Part shown: piece by piece, positions 22,701 to 40,700 of the stretch | Layout: each line of letters starts with the position of its first letter | Numbering within the stretch: position 1 is the first letter of the stretch | Origin: Eledone cirrhosa | Taxonomy: Eukaryota | Assembly: GCA_964016885.1 (NCBI GenBank) | Contig: OZ024741.1 | Coordinates: forward strand, 3,410,001-3,474,000 | Length of the DNA: 64,000 nt | Reading direction: 5' to 3' | Translations under genes and position numbers: made by a program | The notes under the pieces: generated by a model | What the model was told of the DNA's origin: nothing | Databases searched by the model: none | The model's input: the letters and a program-made list of their open reading frames with translations, nothing else

Positions 22701-25700
22701 CTAGACTATATATGTAGGTTGTTGATGTCTTAAGACTATATACACACCTGCTAGACTATATATGTAGGTTGTTGGTGCCTTAACTCTATATACACACCTG
22801 CTAGACTATATATGTAGGTTGTTGGTGACTTAACACTATATACTCACCTGCTAGACTATATATGTATGTTGTTGGTGACTTAACACTATATACACACCTG
22901 CTAGACTATATATGTAGGTTGTTGGTGACTTAACACCATATACACACCTGCTAGTCTATATATGTAAGTTGTTGGTGACTTAACACTATATACACACCTG
23001 CTAGACTATATATGTAGGTTGTTGGTGAATTAACGCTATATACACACCTGCTAGACTATATATGTTGGTTGTTGGTGACTTAACACTATATACACACCTG
23101 CTAGACTATATATGTAGGTTGTTGGTGACTTAACACTATATACAACCCTGCTGGAATATATATGTAGGTTGTTGGTGACTTAACGCTATATACACACCTG
23201 CTAGACTATATATGTAGGTTGTTGGTGACTTAACACTATATACACACCTGCTAGACTATATATGTAGGTTGTTGGTGACTTAACACTATATACACACCTG
23301 CTAGACTATATATGTAGGTTGTTGATGTCTTAACACTATATACACACCTGCTAGACTATATATGTAGATTGTTGATGACTTAACACTATATACACACCTG
23401 CTAGACTATATATGTAGGTTGTTGGTGACTTAACACTATATACACCTGCTGTACTATATATGTAGGTTGTTGGTGACTTAACACTATATACACCTGCTGT
23501 ACTATATATGTAGGTTGTTGGTAACTTAACGCTATATACACACCTGCTACACTGTATATGTAGGTTGTTGATGACTTAACTCTATATACACACCTGCTAG
23601 ACTATATATGTAGGTTGTTGGTGACTTAACACTATATACACACCTGCTAGACTATATATGTAGGTTGTTGGTGACTTAACACTATATACACACCTGCTAG
23701 ACTATATATGTAGGTTGTTGGTGACTTAACACTATATACACACCTGCTAGACTCTATATGTAGGTTGTGGATGAGTTAACGCTATATACACACCTGCTAG
23801 ACTATATATGTAGGTTGTTGGTGACTTAACGTTATATACACACCTGCTAGACTATATATGTAGGTTGTTGGTGACTTAACACTATATACACACCTACTAG
23901 ACTATATATGTAGGTTGTTGGTGACTTAACACTATATACACACCTGCTAGACTATATATGTAGGTTGTTGGTGACTTAACGCTATATATACACAACTGCT
24001 AGACTATATATGTAGGTTGTTGGTGACTTAACACTATATACACACCTCCTAGACTATATATGTAGATTGTTGATCACTTAACACTATATACACACCTGCT
24101 AGACTATATATGTAGGTTGTTGGTGACTTAACACTATATACACACACCTGCTAGACTATATATGTTGGTTGTTGATGTCTTAACACTATATACACACCTG
24201 CTAGACTATATATGTAGATTGTTGATGACTTAACACTATATACACACCTGCTAGACTATATATGTCGGTTGTTGGTGACTTAACACTATATACACACCTG
24301 CTTGAATATATATGTAGGTTGTTGGTGACTTAACGCTATATACACACCTGCTAGACTATATATGTAGGTTGTTGGTGACTTAACACTATATACACACCTG
24401 CTGGACTATATATGTAGGTTGTTGGTGACTTAACGCTATATACACACCTGCTAGACTATATATGTAGGTTGTTGGTGATTAACACTATATACACACCTGC
24501 TAGACTATATATGTAGGTTGTTGGTGACTTAACACTATATACACACCTGCTAGACTATATATGTAGGTTGTTGATGTCTTAACACTATATACACACCTGC
24601 TAGACTATATATGTAGATTGTTGATGACTTAACACTATATACACACCTGCTAGACTATATATGTAGGTTGTTGGTGACTTAACACTATATACACACCTGC
24701 TAGTCTATATATTTAGGTTGTTGGTGACTTAACACTATATACACACCTGCTAGACTATATATGTAGGTTTTTTGTGACTTAACACTATATACACCTGCTG
24801 TACTATATATGTAGGTTGTTGGTGACTTAACGCTATATACACACCTGCTAGACTGTATATGTAGGTTGTTGATGACTTAACGCTATATACACACCTGCTA
24901 GACTATATATGTAGTTTGTTGGTGACTTAACACTATATACACACCTGCTAGACTATATATGTAGTTTGTTGGTGACTTAACACTATATACACACCTGCTA
25001 GACTATATATGTAGGTTGTTGATGTCTTAAGACTATATACACACCTGCTAGACTATATATGTAGGTTGTTGGTGCCTTAACTCTATATACACACCTGCTA
25101 GACTATATATGTAGGTTGTTGGTGACTTAACACTATATACTCACCTGCTAGACTATATATGTATGTTGTTGGTGACTTAACACTATATACACACCTGCTA
25201 GACTATATATGTAGGTTGTTGGTGACTTAACACCATATACACACCTGCTAGTCTATATATGTAAGTTGTTGGTGACTTAACACTATATACACACCTGCTA
25301 GACTATATATGTAGGTTGTTGGTGAATTAACGCTATATACACACCTGCTAGACTATATATGTTGGTTGTTGGTGACTTAACACTATATACACACCTGCTA
25401 GACTATATATGTAGGTTGTTGGTGACTTAACACTATATACAACCCTGCTGGAATATATATGTAGGTTGTTGATGACTTAACACTATATACACACCTGCTA
25501 GACTATATATGTAGGTTGTTGATGTCTTAACACTATATACACACCTGCTAGACTATATATGTAGGTTGTTGATGACTTAACACTATATACACACCTGCTA
25601 GACTATATATGTAGGTTGTTGGTGACTTAACACTATATACACACCTGCTAGAATATATATGTAGATTGTTGATGACTTAACACTATATACACACCTGCTA

Positions 25701-28700
25701 GACTATATATGTAGGTTGTTGATGTCTTAACACTATATACACACCTGCTAGACTATATATGTAGATTGTTGATGACTTAACACTATATACACACCTGCTA
25801 GACTATATATGTAGGTTGTTGGTGACTTAACACTATATACACACCTGCTAGAATATATATGTAGGTTGTTGGTGACTTAACGCTATATACACACCTGCTA
25901 GACTATATATGTAGGTTGTTGGTGACTTAACACTATATACACACCTGCTAGACTATATATGTAGTTTGTTGGTGACTTAACACTATATACACACCTGCTA
26001 GACTATATATGTAGGTTGTTGATGTCTTAAGACTATATACACACCTGCTAGACTATATATGTAGGTTGTTGGTGCCTTAACTCTATATACACACCTGCTA
26101 GACTATATATGTAGGTTGTTGGTGACTTAACACTATATACTCACCTGCTAGACTATATATGTATGTTGTTGGTGACTTAACACTATATACACACCTGCTA
26201 GACTATATATGTAGGTTGTTGGTGACTTAACACCATATACACACCTGCTAGTCTATATATGTAAGTTGTTGGTGACTTAACACTATATACACACCTGCTA
26301 GACTATATATGTAGGTTGTTGGTGAATTAACGCTATATACACACCTGCTAGACTATATATGTTGGTTGTTGGTGACTTAACACTATATACACACCTGCTA
26401 GACTATATATGTAGGTTGTTGGTGACTTAACACTATATACAACCCTGCTGGAATATATATGTAGGTTGTTGGTGACTTAACGCTATATACACACCTGCTA
26501 GACTATATATGTAGGTTGTTGGTGACTTAACACTATATACACACCTGCTAGACTATATATGTAGGTTGTTGGTGACTTAACACTATATACACACCTGCTA
26601 GACTATATATGTAGGTTGTTGATGTCTTAACACTATATACACACCTGCTAGACTATATATGTAGATTGTTGATGACTTAACACTATATACACACCTGCTA
26701 GACTATATATGTAGGTTGTTGGTGACTTAACACTATATACACCTGCTGTACTATATATGTAGGTTGTTGGTGACTTAACACTATATACACCTGCTGTACT
26801 ATATATGTAGGTTGTTGGTAACTTAACGCTATATACACACCTGCTACACTGTATATGTAGGTTGTTGATGACTTAACTCTATATACACACCTGCTAGACT
26901 ATATATGTAGGTTGTTGGTGACTTAACACTATATACACACCTGCTAGACTATATATGTAGGTTGTTGGTGACTTAACACTATATACACACCTGCTAGACT
27001 ATATATGTAGGTTGTTGGTGACTTAACACTATATACACACCTGCTAGACTCTATATGTAGGTTGTGGATGAGTTAACGCTATATACACACCTGCTAGACT
27101 ATATATGTAGGTTGTTGGTGACTTAACGTTATATACACACCTGCTAGACTATATATGTAGGTTGTTGGTGACTTAACACTATATACACACCTACTAGACT
27201 ATATATGTAGGTTGTTGGTGACTTAACACTATATACACACCTGCTAGACTATATATGTAGGTTGTTGGTGACTTAACGCTATATATACACAACTGCTAGA
27301 CTATATATGTAGGTTGTTGGTGACTTAACACTATATACACACCTCCTAGACTATATATGTAGATTGTTGATCACTTAACACTATATACACACCTGCTAGA
27401 CTATATATGTAGGTTGTTGGTGACTTAACACTATATACACACACCTGCTAGACTATATATGTTGGTTGTTGATGTCTTAACACTATATACACACCTGCTA
27501 GACTATATATGTAGATTGTTGATGACTTAACACTATATACACACCTGCTAGACTATATATGTCGGTTGTTGGTGACTTAACACTATATACACACCTGCTT
27601 GAATATATATGTAGGTTGTTGGTGACTTAACGCTATATACACACCTGCTAGACTATATATGTAGGTTGTTGGTGATTAACACTATATACACACCTGCTAG
27701 ACTATATATGTAGGTTGTTGGTGACTTAACACTATATACACACCTGCTAGACTATATATGTAGGTTGTTGATGTCTTAACACTATATACACACCTGCTAG
27801 ACTATATATGTAGATTGTTGATGACTTAACACTATATACACACCTGCTAGACTATATATGTAGGTTGTTGGTGACTTAACACTATATACACACCTGCTAG
27901 TCTATATATTTAGGTTGTTGGTGACTTAACACTATATACACACCTGCTAGACTATATATGTAGGTTTTTTGTGACTTAACACTATATACACCTGCTGTAC
28001 TATATATGTAGGTTGTTGGTGACTTAACGCTATATACACACCTGCTAGACTGTATATGTAGGTTGTTGATGACTTAACGCTATATACACACCTGCTAGAC
28101 TATATATGTAGGTTGTTGGTGACTTAACACTATATACACACCTGCTAGACTATATATGTAGTTTGTTGGTGACTTAACACTATATACACACCTGCTAGAC
28201 TATATATGTAGGTTGTTGATGTCTTAAGACTATATACACACCTGCTAGACTATATATGTAGGTTGTTGGTGCCTTAACTCTATATACACACCTGCTAGAC
28301 TATATATGTAGGTTGTTGGTGACTTAACACTATATACTCACCTGCTAGACTATATATGTATGTTGTTGGTGACTTAACACTATATACACACCTGCTAGAC
28401 TATATATGTAGGTTGTTGGTGACTTAACACCATATACACACCTGCTAGTCTATATATGTAAGTTGTTGGTGACTTAACACTATATACACACCTGCTAGAC
28501 TATATATGTAGGTTGTTGGTGAATTAACGCTATATACACACCTGCTAGACTATATATGTTGGTTGTTGGTGACTTAACACTATATACACACCTGCTAGAC
28601 TATATATGTAGGTTGTTGGTGACTTAACACTATATACAACCCTGCTGGAATATATATGTAGGTTGTTGATGACTTAACACTATATACACACCTGCTAGAC

Positions 28701-31700
28701 TATATATGTAGGTTGTTGATGTCTTAACACTATATACACACCTGCTAGACTATATATGTAGGTTGTTGATGACTTAACACTATATACACACCTGCTAGAC
28801 TATATATGTAGGTTGTTGGTGACTTAACGTTATATACACACCTGCTAGACTATATATGTAGGTTGTTGGTGACTTAACACTATATACACACCTACTAGAC
28901 TATATATGTAGGTTGTTGGTGACTTAACACTATATACACACCTGCTAGACTATATATGTAGGTTGTTGGTGACTTAACGCTATATATACACAACTGCTAG
29001 ACTATATATGTAGGTTGTTGGTGACTTAACACTATATACACACCTCCTAGACTATATATGTAGATTGTTGATCACTTAACACTATATACACACCTGCTAG
29101 ACTATATATGTAGGTTGTTGGTGACTTAACACTATATACACACACCTGCTAGACTATATATGTTGGTTGTTGATGTCTTAACACTATATACACACCTGCT
29201 AGACTATATATGTAGATTGTTGATGACTTAACACTATATACACACCTGCTAGACTATATATGTCGGTTGTTGGTGACTTAACACTATATACACACCTGCT
29301 TGAATATATATGTAGGTTGTTGGTGACTTAACGCTATATACACACCTGCTAGACTATATATGTAGGTTGTTGGTGACTTAACACTATATACACACCTGCT
29401 GGACTATATATGTAGGTTGTTGGTGACTTAACGCTATATACACACCTGCTAGACTATATATGTAGGTTGTTGGTGATTAACACTATATACACACCTGCTA
29501 GACTATATATGTAGGTTGTTGGTGACTTAACACTATATACACACCTGCTAGACTATATATGTAGGTTGTTGATGTCTTAACACTATATACACACCTGCTA
29601 GACTATATATGTAGATTGTTGATGACTTAACACTATATACACACCTGCTAGACTATATATGTAGGTTGTTGGTGACTTAACACTATATACACACCTGCTA
29701 GTCTATATATTTAGGTTGTTGGTGACTTAACACTATATACACACCTGCTAGACTATATATGTAGGTTTTTTGTGACTTAACACTATATACACCTGCTGTA
29801 CTATATATGTAGGTTGTTGGTGACTTAACGCTATATACACACCTGCTAGACTGTATATGTAGGTTGTTGATGACTTAACGCTATATACACACCTGCTAGA
29901 CTATATATGTAGGTTGTTGATGACTTAACGCTATATACACACCTGCTAGACTATATATGTAGGTTGTTGGTGACTTAACACTATATACACACCTGCTAGA
30001 CTATATATGTAGTTTGTTGGTGACTTAACACTATATACACACCTGCTAGACTATATATGTAGGTTGTTGATGTCTTAAGACTATATACACACCTGCTAGA
30101 CTATATATGTAGGTTGTTGGTGCCTTAACTCTATATACACACCTGCTAGACTATATATGTAGGTTGTTGGTGACTTAACACTATATACTCACCTGCTAGA
30201 CTATATATGTATGTTGTTGGTGACTTAACACTATATACACACCTGCTAGACTATATATGTAGGTTGTTGGTGACTTAACACCATATACACACCTGCTAGT
30301 CTATATATGTAAGTTGTTGGTGACTTAACACTATATACACACCTGCTAGACTATATATGTAGGTTGTTGGTGAATTAACGCTATATACACACCTGCTAGA
30401 CTATATATGTTGGTTGTTGGTGACTTAACACTATATACACACCTGCTAGACTATATATGTAGGTTGTTGGTGACTTAACACTATATACAACCCTGCTGGA
30501 ATATATATGTAGGTTGTTGATGACTTAACACTATATACACACCTGCTAGACTATATATGTAGGTTGTTGATGTCTTAACACTATATACACACCTGCTAGA
30601 CTATATATGTAGGTTGTTGATGACTTAACACTATATACACACCTGCTAGACTATATATGTAGGTTGTTGGTGACTTAACACTATATACACACCTGCTAGA
30701 ATATATATGTAGATTGTTGATGACTTAACACTATATACACACCTGCTAGACTATATATGTAGGTTGTTGATGTCTTAACACTATATACACACCTGCTAGA
30801 CTATATATGTAGATTGTTGATGACTTAACACTATATACACACCTGCTAGACTATATATGTAGGTTGTTGGTGACTTAACACTATATACACACCTGCTAGA
30901 ATATATATGTAGGTTGTTGGTGACTTAACGCTATATACACACCTGCTAGACTATATATGTATGTTGTTGGTGACTTAACACTATATACACACCTGCTAGT
31001 CTATATATTTAGGTTGTTGGTGACTTAACACTATATACACACCTGCTAGACTATATATGTAGGTTTTTGGTGACTTAACTCTATATACACACCTGCTGGA
31101 ATATATATGTAGGCTGTTGTTGACTTAAAACTATATACACACCTGCTAGACTATATATGTAGGTTGTTGGTGACTTAACACTATATACACCTGCTGTACT
31201 ATATATGTAGGTTGTTGGTGACTTAACACTATATACACCTGCTGTACTATATATGTAGGTTGTTGGTAACTTAACGCTATATACACACCTGCTACACTGT
31301 ATATGTAGGTTGTTGATGACTTAACTCTATATACACACCTGCTAGACTATATATGTAGGTTGTTGGTGACTTAACACTATATACACACCTGCTAGACTAT
31401 ATATGTAGGTTGTTGGTGACTTAACACTATATACACACCTGCTAGACTATATATGTAGGTTGTTGGTGACTTAACACTATATACACACCTGCTAGACTCT
31501 ATATGTAGGTTGTGGATGAGTTAACGCTATATACACACCTGTTAGACTATATATGTAGGTTGTTGGTGACTTAACGTTATATACACACCTGCTAGACTAT
31601 ATATGTAGGTTGTTGGTGACTTAACACTATATACACACCTACTAGACTATATATGTAGGTTGTTGGTGACTTAACACTATATACACACCTGCTAGACTAT

Positions 31701-34700
31701 ATATGTAGGTTGTTGGTGACTTAACGCTATATATACACAACTGCTAGACTATATATGTAGGTTGTTGGTGACTTAACACTATATACACACCTCCTAGACT
31801 ATATATGTAGATTGTTGATCACTTAACACTATATACACACCTGCTAGACTATATATGTAGGTTGTTGGTGACTTAACACTATATACACACACCTGCTAGA
31901 CTATATATGTAGGTTGTTGATGTCTTAACACTATATACACACCTGCTAGACTATATATGTAGGTTGTTGTTGACTTAACTCTATATACACACCTGCTAGA
32001 CTATATATGTAGGTTGTTGGTGACTTAACACTATATACACACCTGCTAGACTATATATGTAGGTTGTTGGTGACTTAACACTATATACACACCTGCTAGA
32101 CTTTATATGTAGGTTGTTGGTGACTTAAAACTATATACACACCTGCTAGGCTATATATGTAGGTTGTTGGTGACTTACCTCTATATACACACCTGCTAGA
32201 CTATATATGTAGGTTGTTGGTGACTTAACACTATATACACACCTGCTAGACTATATATGTAGGTTGTTGGTGACTTAACACTATATACACACCTGCTAGA
32301 CTATATATGTAGGTTGTTGGTGACTTAACACTATATACACACCTGCTAGAATATATATGTAGGTTGTTTGTGACTTAACACTATATACACGCCTGCTAGA
32401 CTATATATGTAGGTTGTTGACGACTTAACACGATATACACACCTGCTAGACTATATATGTAGGTTGTTGATGAGTTAACGCTATATACACACCTGCTAGA
32501 CTATATATGTAGGTTGTTGGTGACTTAACGTTATATACACAACTGCTAGACTATATATGTAGGTTGTTGGTGACTTAACACTATATACACACCTGCTAGA
32601 CTATATATGTAGGTTGTTGATGAGTTAACGCTATATATACACCTGCTGGACTATATATGTAGGTTGTTGGTGACTTAACACTATATACACACCTGCTAGA
32701 CAATATATGTAGGTTGTTGGTGACTTAACGTTATATACACACCTGCTAGACTATATATGTAGGTTGTTGGTGACTTAACGTTATATACACACCTGTTAGA
32801 CTATATATGTAGGTTGTTGGTGACTTAACACTATATACACACCTGCTAGACAATATATGTAGGTTGTTGGTGACTTAACACTATATACACACCTGCTAGA
32901 CTATATATGTAGGTTGTTGGTGACTTAACTCTATATACACACCTGCTAGACCATATATGTAGGTTGTTGGTGACTTAACACTATATACACACCTGCTAGA
33001 CTATATATGTAGGTTGTTGGTGACTTAACACTATCTACACACCTGCTAGACTTTATATGTAGGTTGTTGCTGACTTAACAATATATACACACCTGCTAGA
33101 CTATATATGTAGGTTGTTGGTGACTTAACTCTATATACACACCTGCTAGACTATATATGTAGGTTGTTGGTGACTTAACACTATATACACACCTGCTAGA
33201 CTATATATGTAGGTTGTTGGTGACTTAACACTATATACACACCTGCTAGACTATATATGTAGGTTGTTGGTGACTTAACACTATATGCTCACCTCTTAGA
33301 CTATATATTTAGGTTGTTGGTAATTTAACACTATATACACACCTCCTAGACTATATATGTAGTTTGTTGGTGACTTAACACTATATACACACCTGCTAGA
33401 CTATATATGTAGATTGTTGATGACTTAACACTATATACACACCTGCTAGACTATATATGTAGGTTGTTGGTGACTAAACACTATATACACACCTGCGAGA
33501 CTATATATGTAGGTTGTTGATGACTTAACACTATATACACACCTGCTAGACTATATATGTAGGTTGTTGGTGACTTAACGCTATATACACACCTGCTAGA
33601 CTATATATGTAGGTTGTTGATAATTTAACACTATATACACACCTGCTAGACTATATATGTTGGTTGTTGATGTCTTAAGGCTATATACACACCTGCTAGA
33701 CTATATATGTAGATTGTTGATGACTTAACACTATATACACACCTGCTAGACTATATATGTAGGTTGTTGGTGACTTAACGCTATATACACACCTGCTAGA
33801 CTATATATATAGGTTGTTGATCACTTAACACTATATACACACCTGCTAGACTATATATGTTGGTTGTTGATGTCTTATCACTATATACACACCTGCTAGA
33901 CTATATATGTAGATTGTTGATGACTTAACACTATATACACACCTGCTAGACTATATATGTAGGTTGTTGGTGACTTAACGCTATATACACACCTGCTAGA
34001 CTATATATGTAGGTTGTTGGTGACTTAACACTATATACACACCTGCTGGACTATATATGTAGGTTGTTGGTGACTTAACGCTATATACACACCTGCTAGA
34101 CTATATATGTAGGTTGTTGGTGACTTAACACTATATACACACCTGCTAGACTTTATATGTAGTTTGTTGGTGACTTAACGCTATATACACACCTGCTGGA
34201 CTATATATGTAGGTTGTTGGCTACTTAACGCTATATACACACCTGCTAGACTATATATGTAGGTTGTTGGTGACTTAACACTATATACACACCTGCTAGA
34301 ATATATATGTAGGTTGTTGGTGACTTAACACTATATACACGCCTGCTAGACGGTATATGTAGGTTGTTGATGACTTAACACGATATACACACCTGCTAGA
34401 CTATATATGTATGTTTTTGATGACTTAACACTATATACACACCTGCTAGACTATATATGTAGGTTGTTGGTGACTTAACGTTATATACACACCTGCTAGA
34501 CTATATATGTAGGTTGTTGGTGAGTTAACACTATATACACACCTACTAGACTATATATGTAGGTTGTTGGTGACTTAACACTATATACACACCTGCTAGA
34601 CTATATATGTAGGTTGTTAGTGACTTAACGCTATATACACACATGCTAGACTATATATGTACTTTGTTGGTGACTTAACACTATATACACACTTGCTAGA

Positions 34701-37700
34701 CTATATAATGTAGGTTGTTGGTGACTTAACATTATATACACACCTGCTAGACTATATATATAGGTTGTTGATGTCTTAACAATATATACACACCTGCTAG
34801 ACTATATATGTACGATGTTGATGACTTAACGCTATATACACACCTGCTAGACTACATATGTAGGTTGTTGGTGACTTAACGCTATATAGACACCTGCGAG
34901 ACTTTATATGTAGGTTGTTGGTGACTTAACACTATATACACACCTGATAGACTATATATGTAGGTTGTTGGTGAAATAACGCTATATACACACCTTCTAG
35001 ACTATATATGTAGGTTGTTGGTGACTTAACACTATATATACACCTGCTAGACTACATATGTAGGTTGTTGGTGACTTAACACTATATACACACCTGCTAG
35101 ACTATATATGTAGGTTGTTGGTGACTTAACACTATATATACACCTGCTAGACTATATATGTACGATGTTGGTGATTTAACGCTATATACACACCTGCTTA
35201 ACTATATATGTAGGTTGTTGGTGACTTAACACTATATACACACCTGCTAGACTATATATGTAGGTTGTTGGTCACCTAACGCTATATACACACCTGCTAG
35301 ACTATATATGTAGGTTGTTGATGACTTAACGTTATATACACACCTGCTAGACTATATATGTAGGTTGTTGGTGACTAAACACTATATACACACCTGCTAG
35401 ACTATATATGTAGGTTGTTGATGACTTAACGTTATATACACACCTGCTAGACTATATATGTAGGTTGTTGATGACTTAACGTTATATACACACCTGCTAG
35501 ACTATATATGTAGGTTATTGGTGACTTAACACTATATACACACCTGCTAGACTATATATGTAGGTTGTTGGTGACTTAACACTATATACACACCTGCTAG
35601 ACTATATATGTAGGTTGTTGGTGACTTAACACTATATACTCACCTCTTAGACTATATATTTAGGTTGTTGGTAATTTAAGACTATATACACACCTGCTAG
35701 ACTATATATGTAGTGTGTTGGTGACTTAACACTATATACACACCTGCTAGACTATATATGTAGGTTGTTGGTGACTTAACACTATATACTCACTTCTTAG
35801 ACTATATATGTAGATTGTTGATGACTTAACACTATATACACACCTGCTAGACTATATATGTAGGTTGTTGGTGACTTAACGCTATATACACACCTGCTAG
35901 ACTATATATGTAGGTTGTTGATCACTTAACACTATATACACACCTGCTAGACTATATATGTTGGTTGTTGATGTCTCAACACTATATACACACCTGCTAG
36001 ACTATATATGTAGATTGTTGATGACTTAACACTATATACACACCTGCTAGACTATATATGTAGGTTGTTGGTGACTTAACGCTATATACACACCTGCTAG
36101 ACTATATATGTAGGTTGTTGGTGACTTAACACTATATACACACCTGCTAGTCTATATATGTAAGTTGTTGGTGACTTAACACTATATACACACCTGCTGG
36201 ACTATATATGTAGGTTGTTGGTGACTTAACGCTATATACACACCTGCTAGACTATATATGTAGATTGTTGATGACTTAACAATATATACACACCTGCTAG
36301 ACTATATATGTAGGTTGTTGGTGACTTAACACTATATACACACCTGCTAGACTATATATGTAGGTTGTTGATGTCTTAACACTATATACACACCTGCTAG
36401 ACTATATATGTAGGTTGTTGATGTCTTAACACTATATACACACCTGCTAGACTATATATGTAGGTTGTTGATGTCTTAACACTATATACACACCTGCTAG
36501 ACTATATATGTAGGTTGTTGATGTCTTAACACTATATACACACCTGCTAGACTATATATGTAGGTTGTTGGTGACTTAACACTATATACACACCTGCTAG
36601 ACTATATATGTAGGTTGTTGATGTCTTAACACTATATACACACCTGCTAGACTATATATGTAGGTTGTTGGTGACTTAACACTATATACACACCTGCTAG
36701 ACTATATATGTAGGTTGTTGGTGACTTAACACTATATACACACCTGCTAGACTATATATGTAGGTTGTTGATGTCTTAACGCTATATACACACCTGCTAG
36801 ACTATATATGTAGGTTGTTGGTGACTTAACACTATAGACACACACCTGCTAGAATATATATGTAGGTTGTTGGTGACTTAACGCTATATACACACCTACT
36901 AGACTATATATGTAGGTTGTTGATGACTTAACACTATATACACACCTACTAGACTATATATGTAGGTTGTTGGTGACTTAACACTATATACACACCTGCT
37001 AGACTATATATGTAGGTTGTTGGTGACTTAACGCTATATATACACAACTGCTAGACTATATATGTAGGTTGTTGGTGACTTAACACTATATACACACCTC
37101 CTAGACTATATATGTAGATTGTTGATCACTTAACACTATATACACACCTGCTAGACTATATATGTAGGTTGTTGGTGACTTAACACTATATACACACACC
37201 TGCTAGACTATATATGTTGGTTGTTGATGTCTTAACACTATATACACACCTGCTAGACTATATATGTAGATTGTTGATGACTTAACACTATATACACACC
37301 TGCTAGACTATATATGTCGGTTGTTGGTGACTTAACACTATATACACACCTGCTTGAATATATATGTAGGTTGTTGGTGACTTAACGCTATATACACACC
37401 TGCTAGACTATATATGTAGGTTGTTGGTGACTTAACACTATATACACACCTGCTGGACTATATATGTAGGTTGTTGGTGACTTAACGCTATATACACACC
37501 TGCTAGACTATATATGTAGGTTGTTGGTGATTAACACTATATACACACCTGCTAGACTATATATGTAGGTTGTTGGTGACTTAACACTATATACACACCT
37601 GCTAGACTATATATGTAGGTTGTTGATGTCTTAACACTATATACACACCTGCTAGACTATATATGTAGATTGTTGATGACTTAACACTATATACACACCT

Positions 37701-40700
37701 GCTAGACTATATATGTAGGTTGTTGGTGACTTAACACTATATACACACCTGCTAGTCTATATATTTAGGTTGTTGGTGACTTAACACTATATACACACCT
37801 GCTAGACTATATATGTAGGTTTTTTGTGACTTAACACTATATACACCTGCTGTACTATATATGTAGGTTGTTGGTGACTTAACGCTATATACACACCTGC
37901 TAGACTGTATATGTAGGTTGTTGATGACTTAACGCTATATACACACCTGCTAGACTATATATGTAGGTTGTTGGTGACTTAACACTATATACACACCTGC
38001 TAGACTATATATGTAGTTTGTTGGTGACTTAACACTATATACACACCTGCTAGACTATATATGTAGGTTGTTGATGTCTTAAGACTATATACACACCTGC
38101 TAGACTATATATGTAGGTTGTTGGTGCCTTAACTCTATATACACACCTGCTAGACTATATATGTAGGTTGTTGGTGACTTAACACTATATACTCACCTGC
38201 TAGACTATATATGTATGTTGTTGGTGACTTAACATTATATACACACCTGCTAGACTATATATGTAGGTTGTTGGTGACTTAACACCATATACACACCTGC
38301 TAGTCTATATATGTAAGTTGTTGGTGACTTAACACTATATACACACCTGCTAGACTATATATGTAGGTTGTTGGTGAATTAACGCTATATACACACCTGC
38401 TAGACTATATATGTTGGTTGTTGGTGACTTAACACTATATACACACCTGCTAGACTATATATGTAGGTTGTTGGTGACTTAACACTATATACAACCCTGC
38501 TGGAATATATATGTAGGTTGTTGGTGACTTAACGCTATATACACACCTGCTAGACTATATATGTAGGTTGTTGGTGACTTAACACAATATACACACCTGC
38601 TAGACTATATATGTAGGTTGTTGGTGACTTAACACTATATACACACCTGCTAGACTATATATGTAGGTTGTTGATGTCTTAACACTATATACACACCTGC
38701 TAGACTATATATGTAGATTGTTGATGACTTAACACTATATACACACCTGCTAGACTATATATGTAGGTTGTTGGTGACTTAACACTATATACACACCTGC
38801 TAGAATATATATGTAGGTTGTTGGTGACTTAACGCTATATACACACCTGCTAGACTATATATGTATGTTGTTGGTGACTTAACACTATATACACACCTGC
38901 TAGTCTATATATTTAGGTTGTTGGTGACTTAACACTATATACACACCTGCTAGACTATATATGTAGGTTTTTGGTGACTTAACTCTATATACACACCTGC
39001 TGGAATATATATGTAGGCTGTTGTTGACTTAAAACTATATACACACCTGCTAGACTATATATGTAGGTTGTTGGTGACTTAACACTATATACACCTGCTG
39101 TACTATATATGTAGGTTGTTGGTGACTTAACACTATATACACCTGCTGTACTATATATGTAGGTTGTTGGTAACTTAACGCTATATACACACCTGCTACA
39201 CTGTATATGTAGGTTGTTGATGACTTAACTCTATATACACACCTGCTAGACTATATATGTAGGTTGTTGGTGACTTAACACTATATACACACCTGCTAGA
39301 CTATATATGTAGGTTGTTGGTGACTTAACACTATATACACACCTGCTAGACTATATATGTAGGTTGTTGGTGACTTAACACTATATACACACCTGCTAGA
39401 CTCTATATGTAGGTTGTGGATGAGTTAACGCTATATACACACCTGTTAGACTATATATGTAGGTTGTTGGTGACTTAACGTTATATACACACCTGCTAGA
39501 CTATATATGTAGGTTGTTGGTGACTTAACACTATATACACACCTACTAGACTATATATGTAGGTTGTTGGTGACTTAACACTATATACACACCTGCTAGA
39601 CTATATATGTAGGTTGTTGGTGACTTAACGCTATATATACACAACTGCTAGACTATATATGTAGGTTGTTGGTGACTTAACACTATATACACACCTCCTA
39701 GACTATATATGTAGATTGTTGATCACTTAACACTATATACACACCTGCTAGACTATATATGTAGGTTGTTGGTGACTTAACACTATATACACACACCTGC
39801 TAGACTATATATGTAGGTTGTTGATGTCTTAACACTATATACACACCTGCTAGACTATATATGTAGGTTGTTGTTGACTTAACTCTATATACACACCTGC
39901 TAGACTATATATGTAGGTTGTTGGTGACTTAACACTATATACACACCTGCTAGACTATATATGTAGGTTGTTGGTGACTTAACACTATATACACACCTGC
40001 TAGACTTTATATGTAGGTTGTTGGTGACTTAAAACTATATACACACCTGCTAGGCTATATATGTAGGTTGTTGGTGACTTACCTCTATATACACACCTGC
40101 TAGACTATATATGTAGGTTGTTGGTGACTTAACACTATATACACACCTGCTAGACTATATATGTAGGTTGTTGGTGACTTAACACTATATACACACCTGC
40201 TAGACTATATATGTAGGTTGTTGGTGACTTAACACTATATACACACCTGCTAGAATATATATGTAGGTTGTTTGTGACTTAACACTATATACACGCCTGC
40301 TAGACTATATATGTAGGTTGTTGACGACTTAACACGATATACACACCTGCTAGACTATATATGTAGGTTGTTGATGAGTTAACGCTATATACACACCTGC
40401 TAGACTATATATGTAGGTTGTTGGTGACTTAACGTTATATACACAACTGCTAGACTATATATGTAGGTTGTTGGTGACTTAACACTATATACACACCTGC
40501 TAGACTATATATGTAGGTTGTTGATGAGTTAACGCTATATATACACCTGCTGGACTATATATGTAGGTTGTTGGTGACTTAACACTATATACACACCTGC
40601 TAGACAATATATGTAGGTTGTTGGTGACTTAACGTTATATACACACCTGCTAGACTATATATGTAGGTTGTTGGTGACTTAACGTTATATACACACCTGT

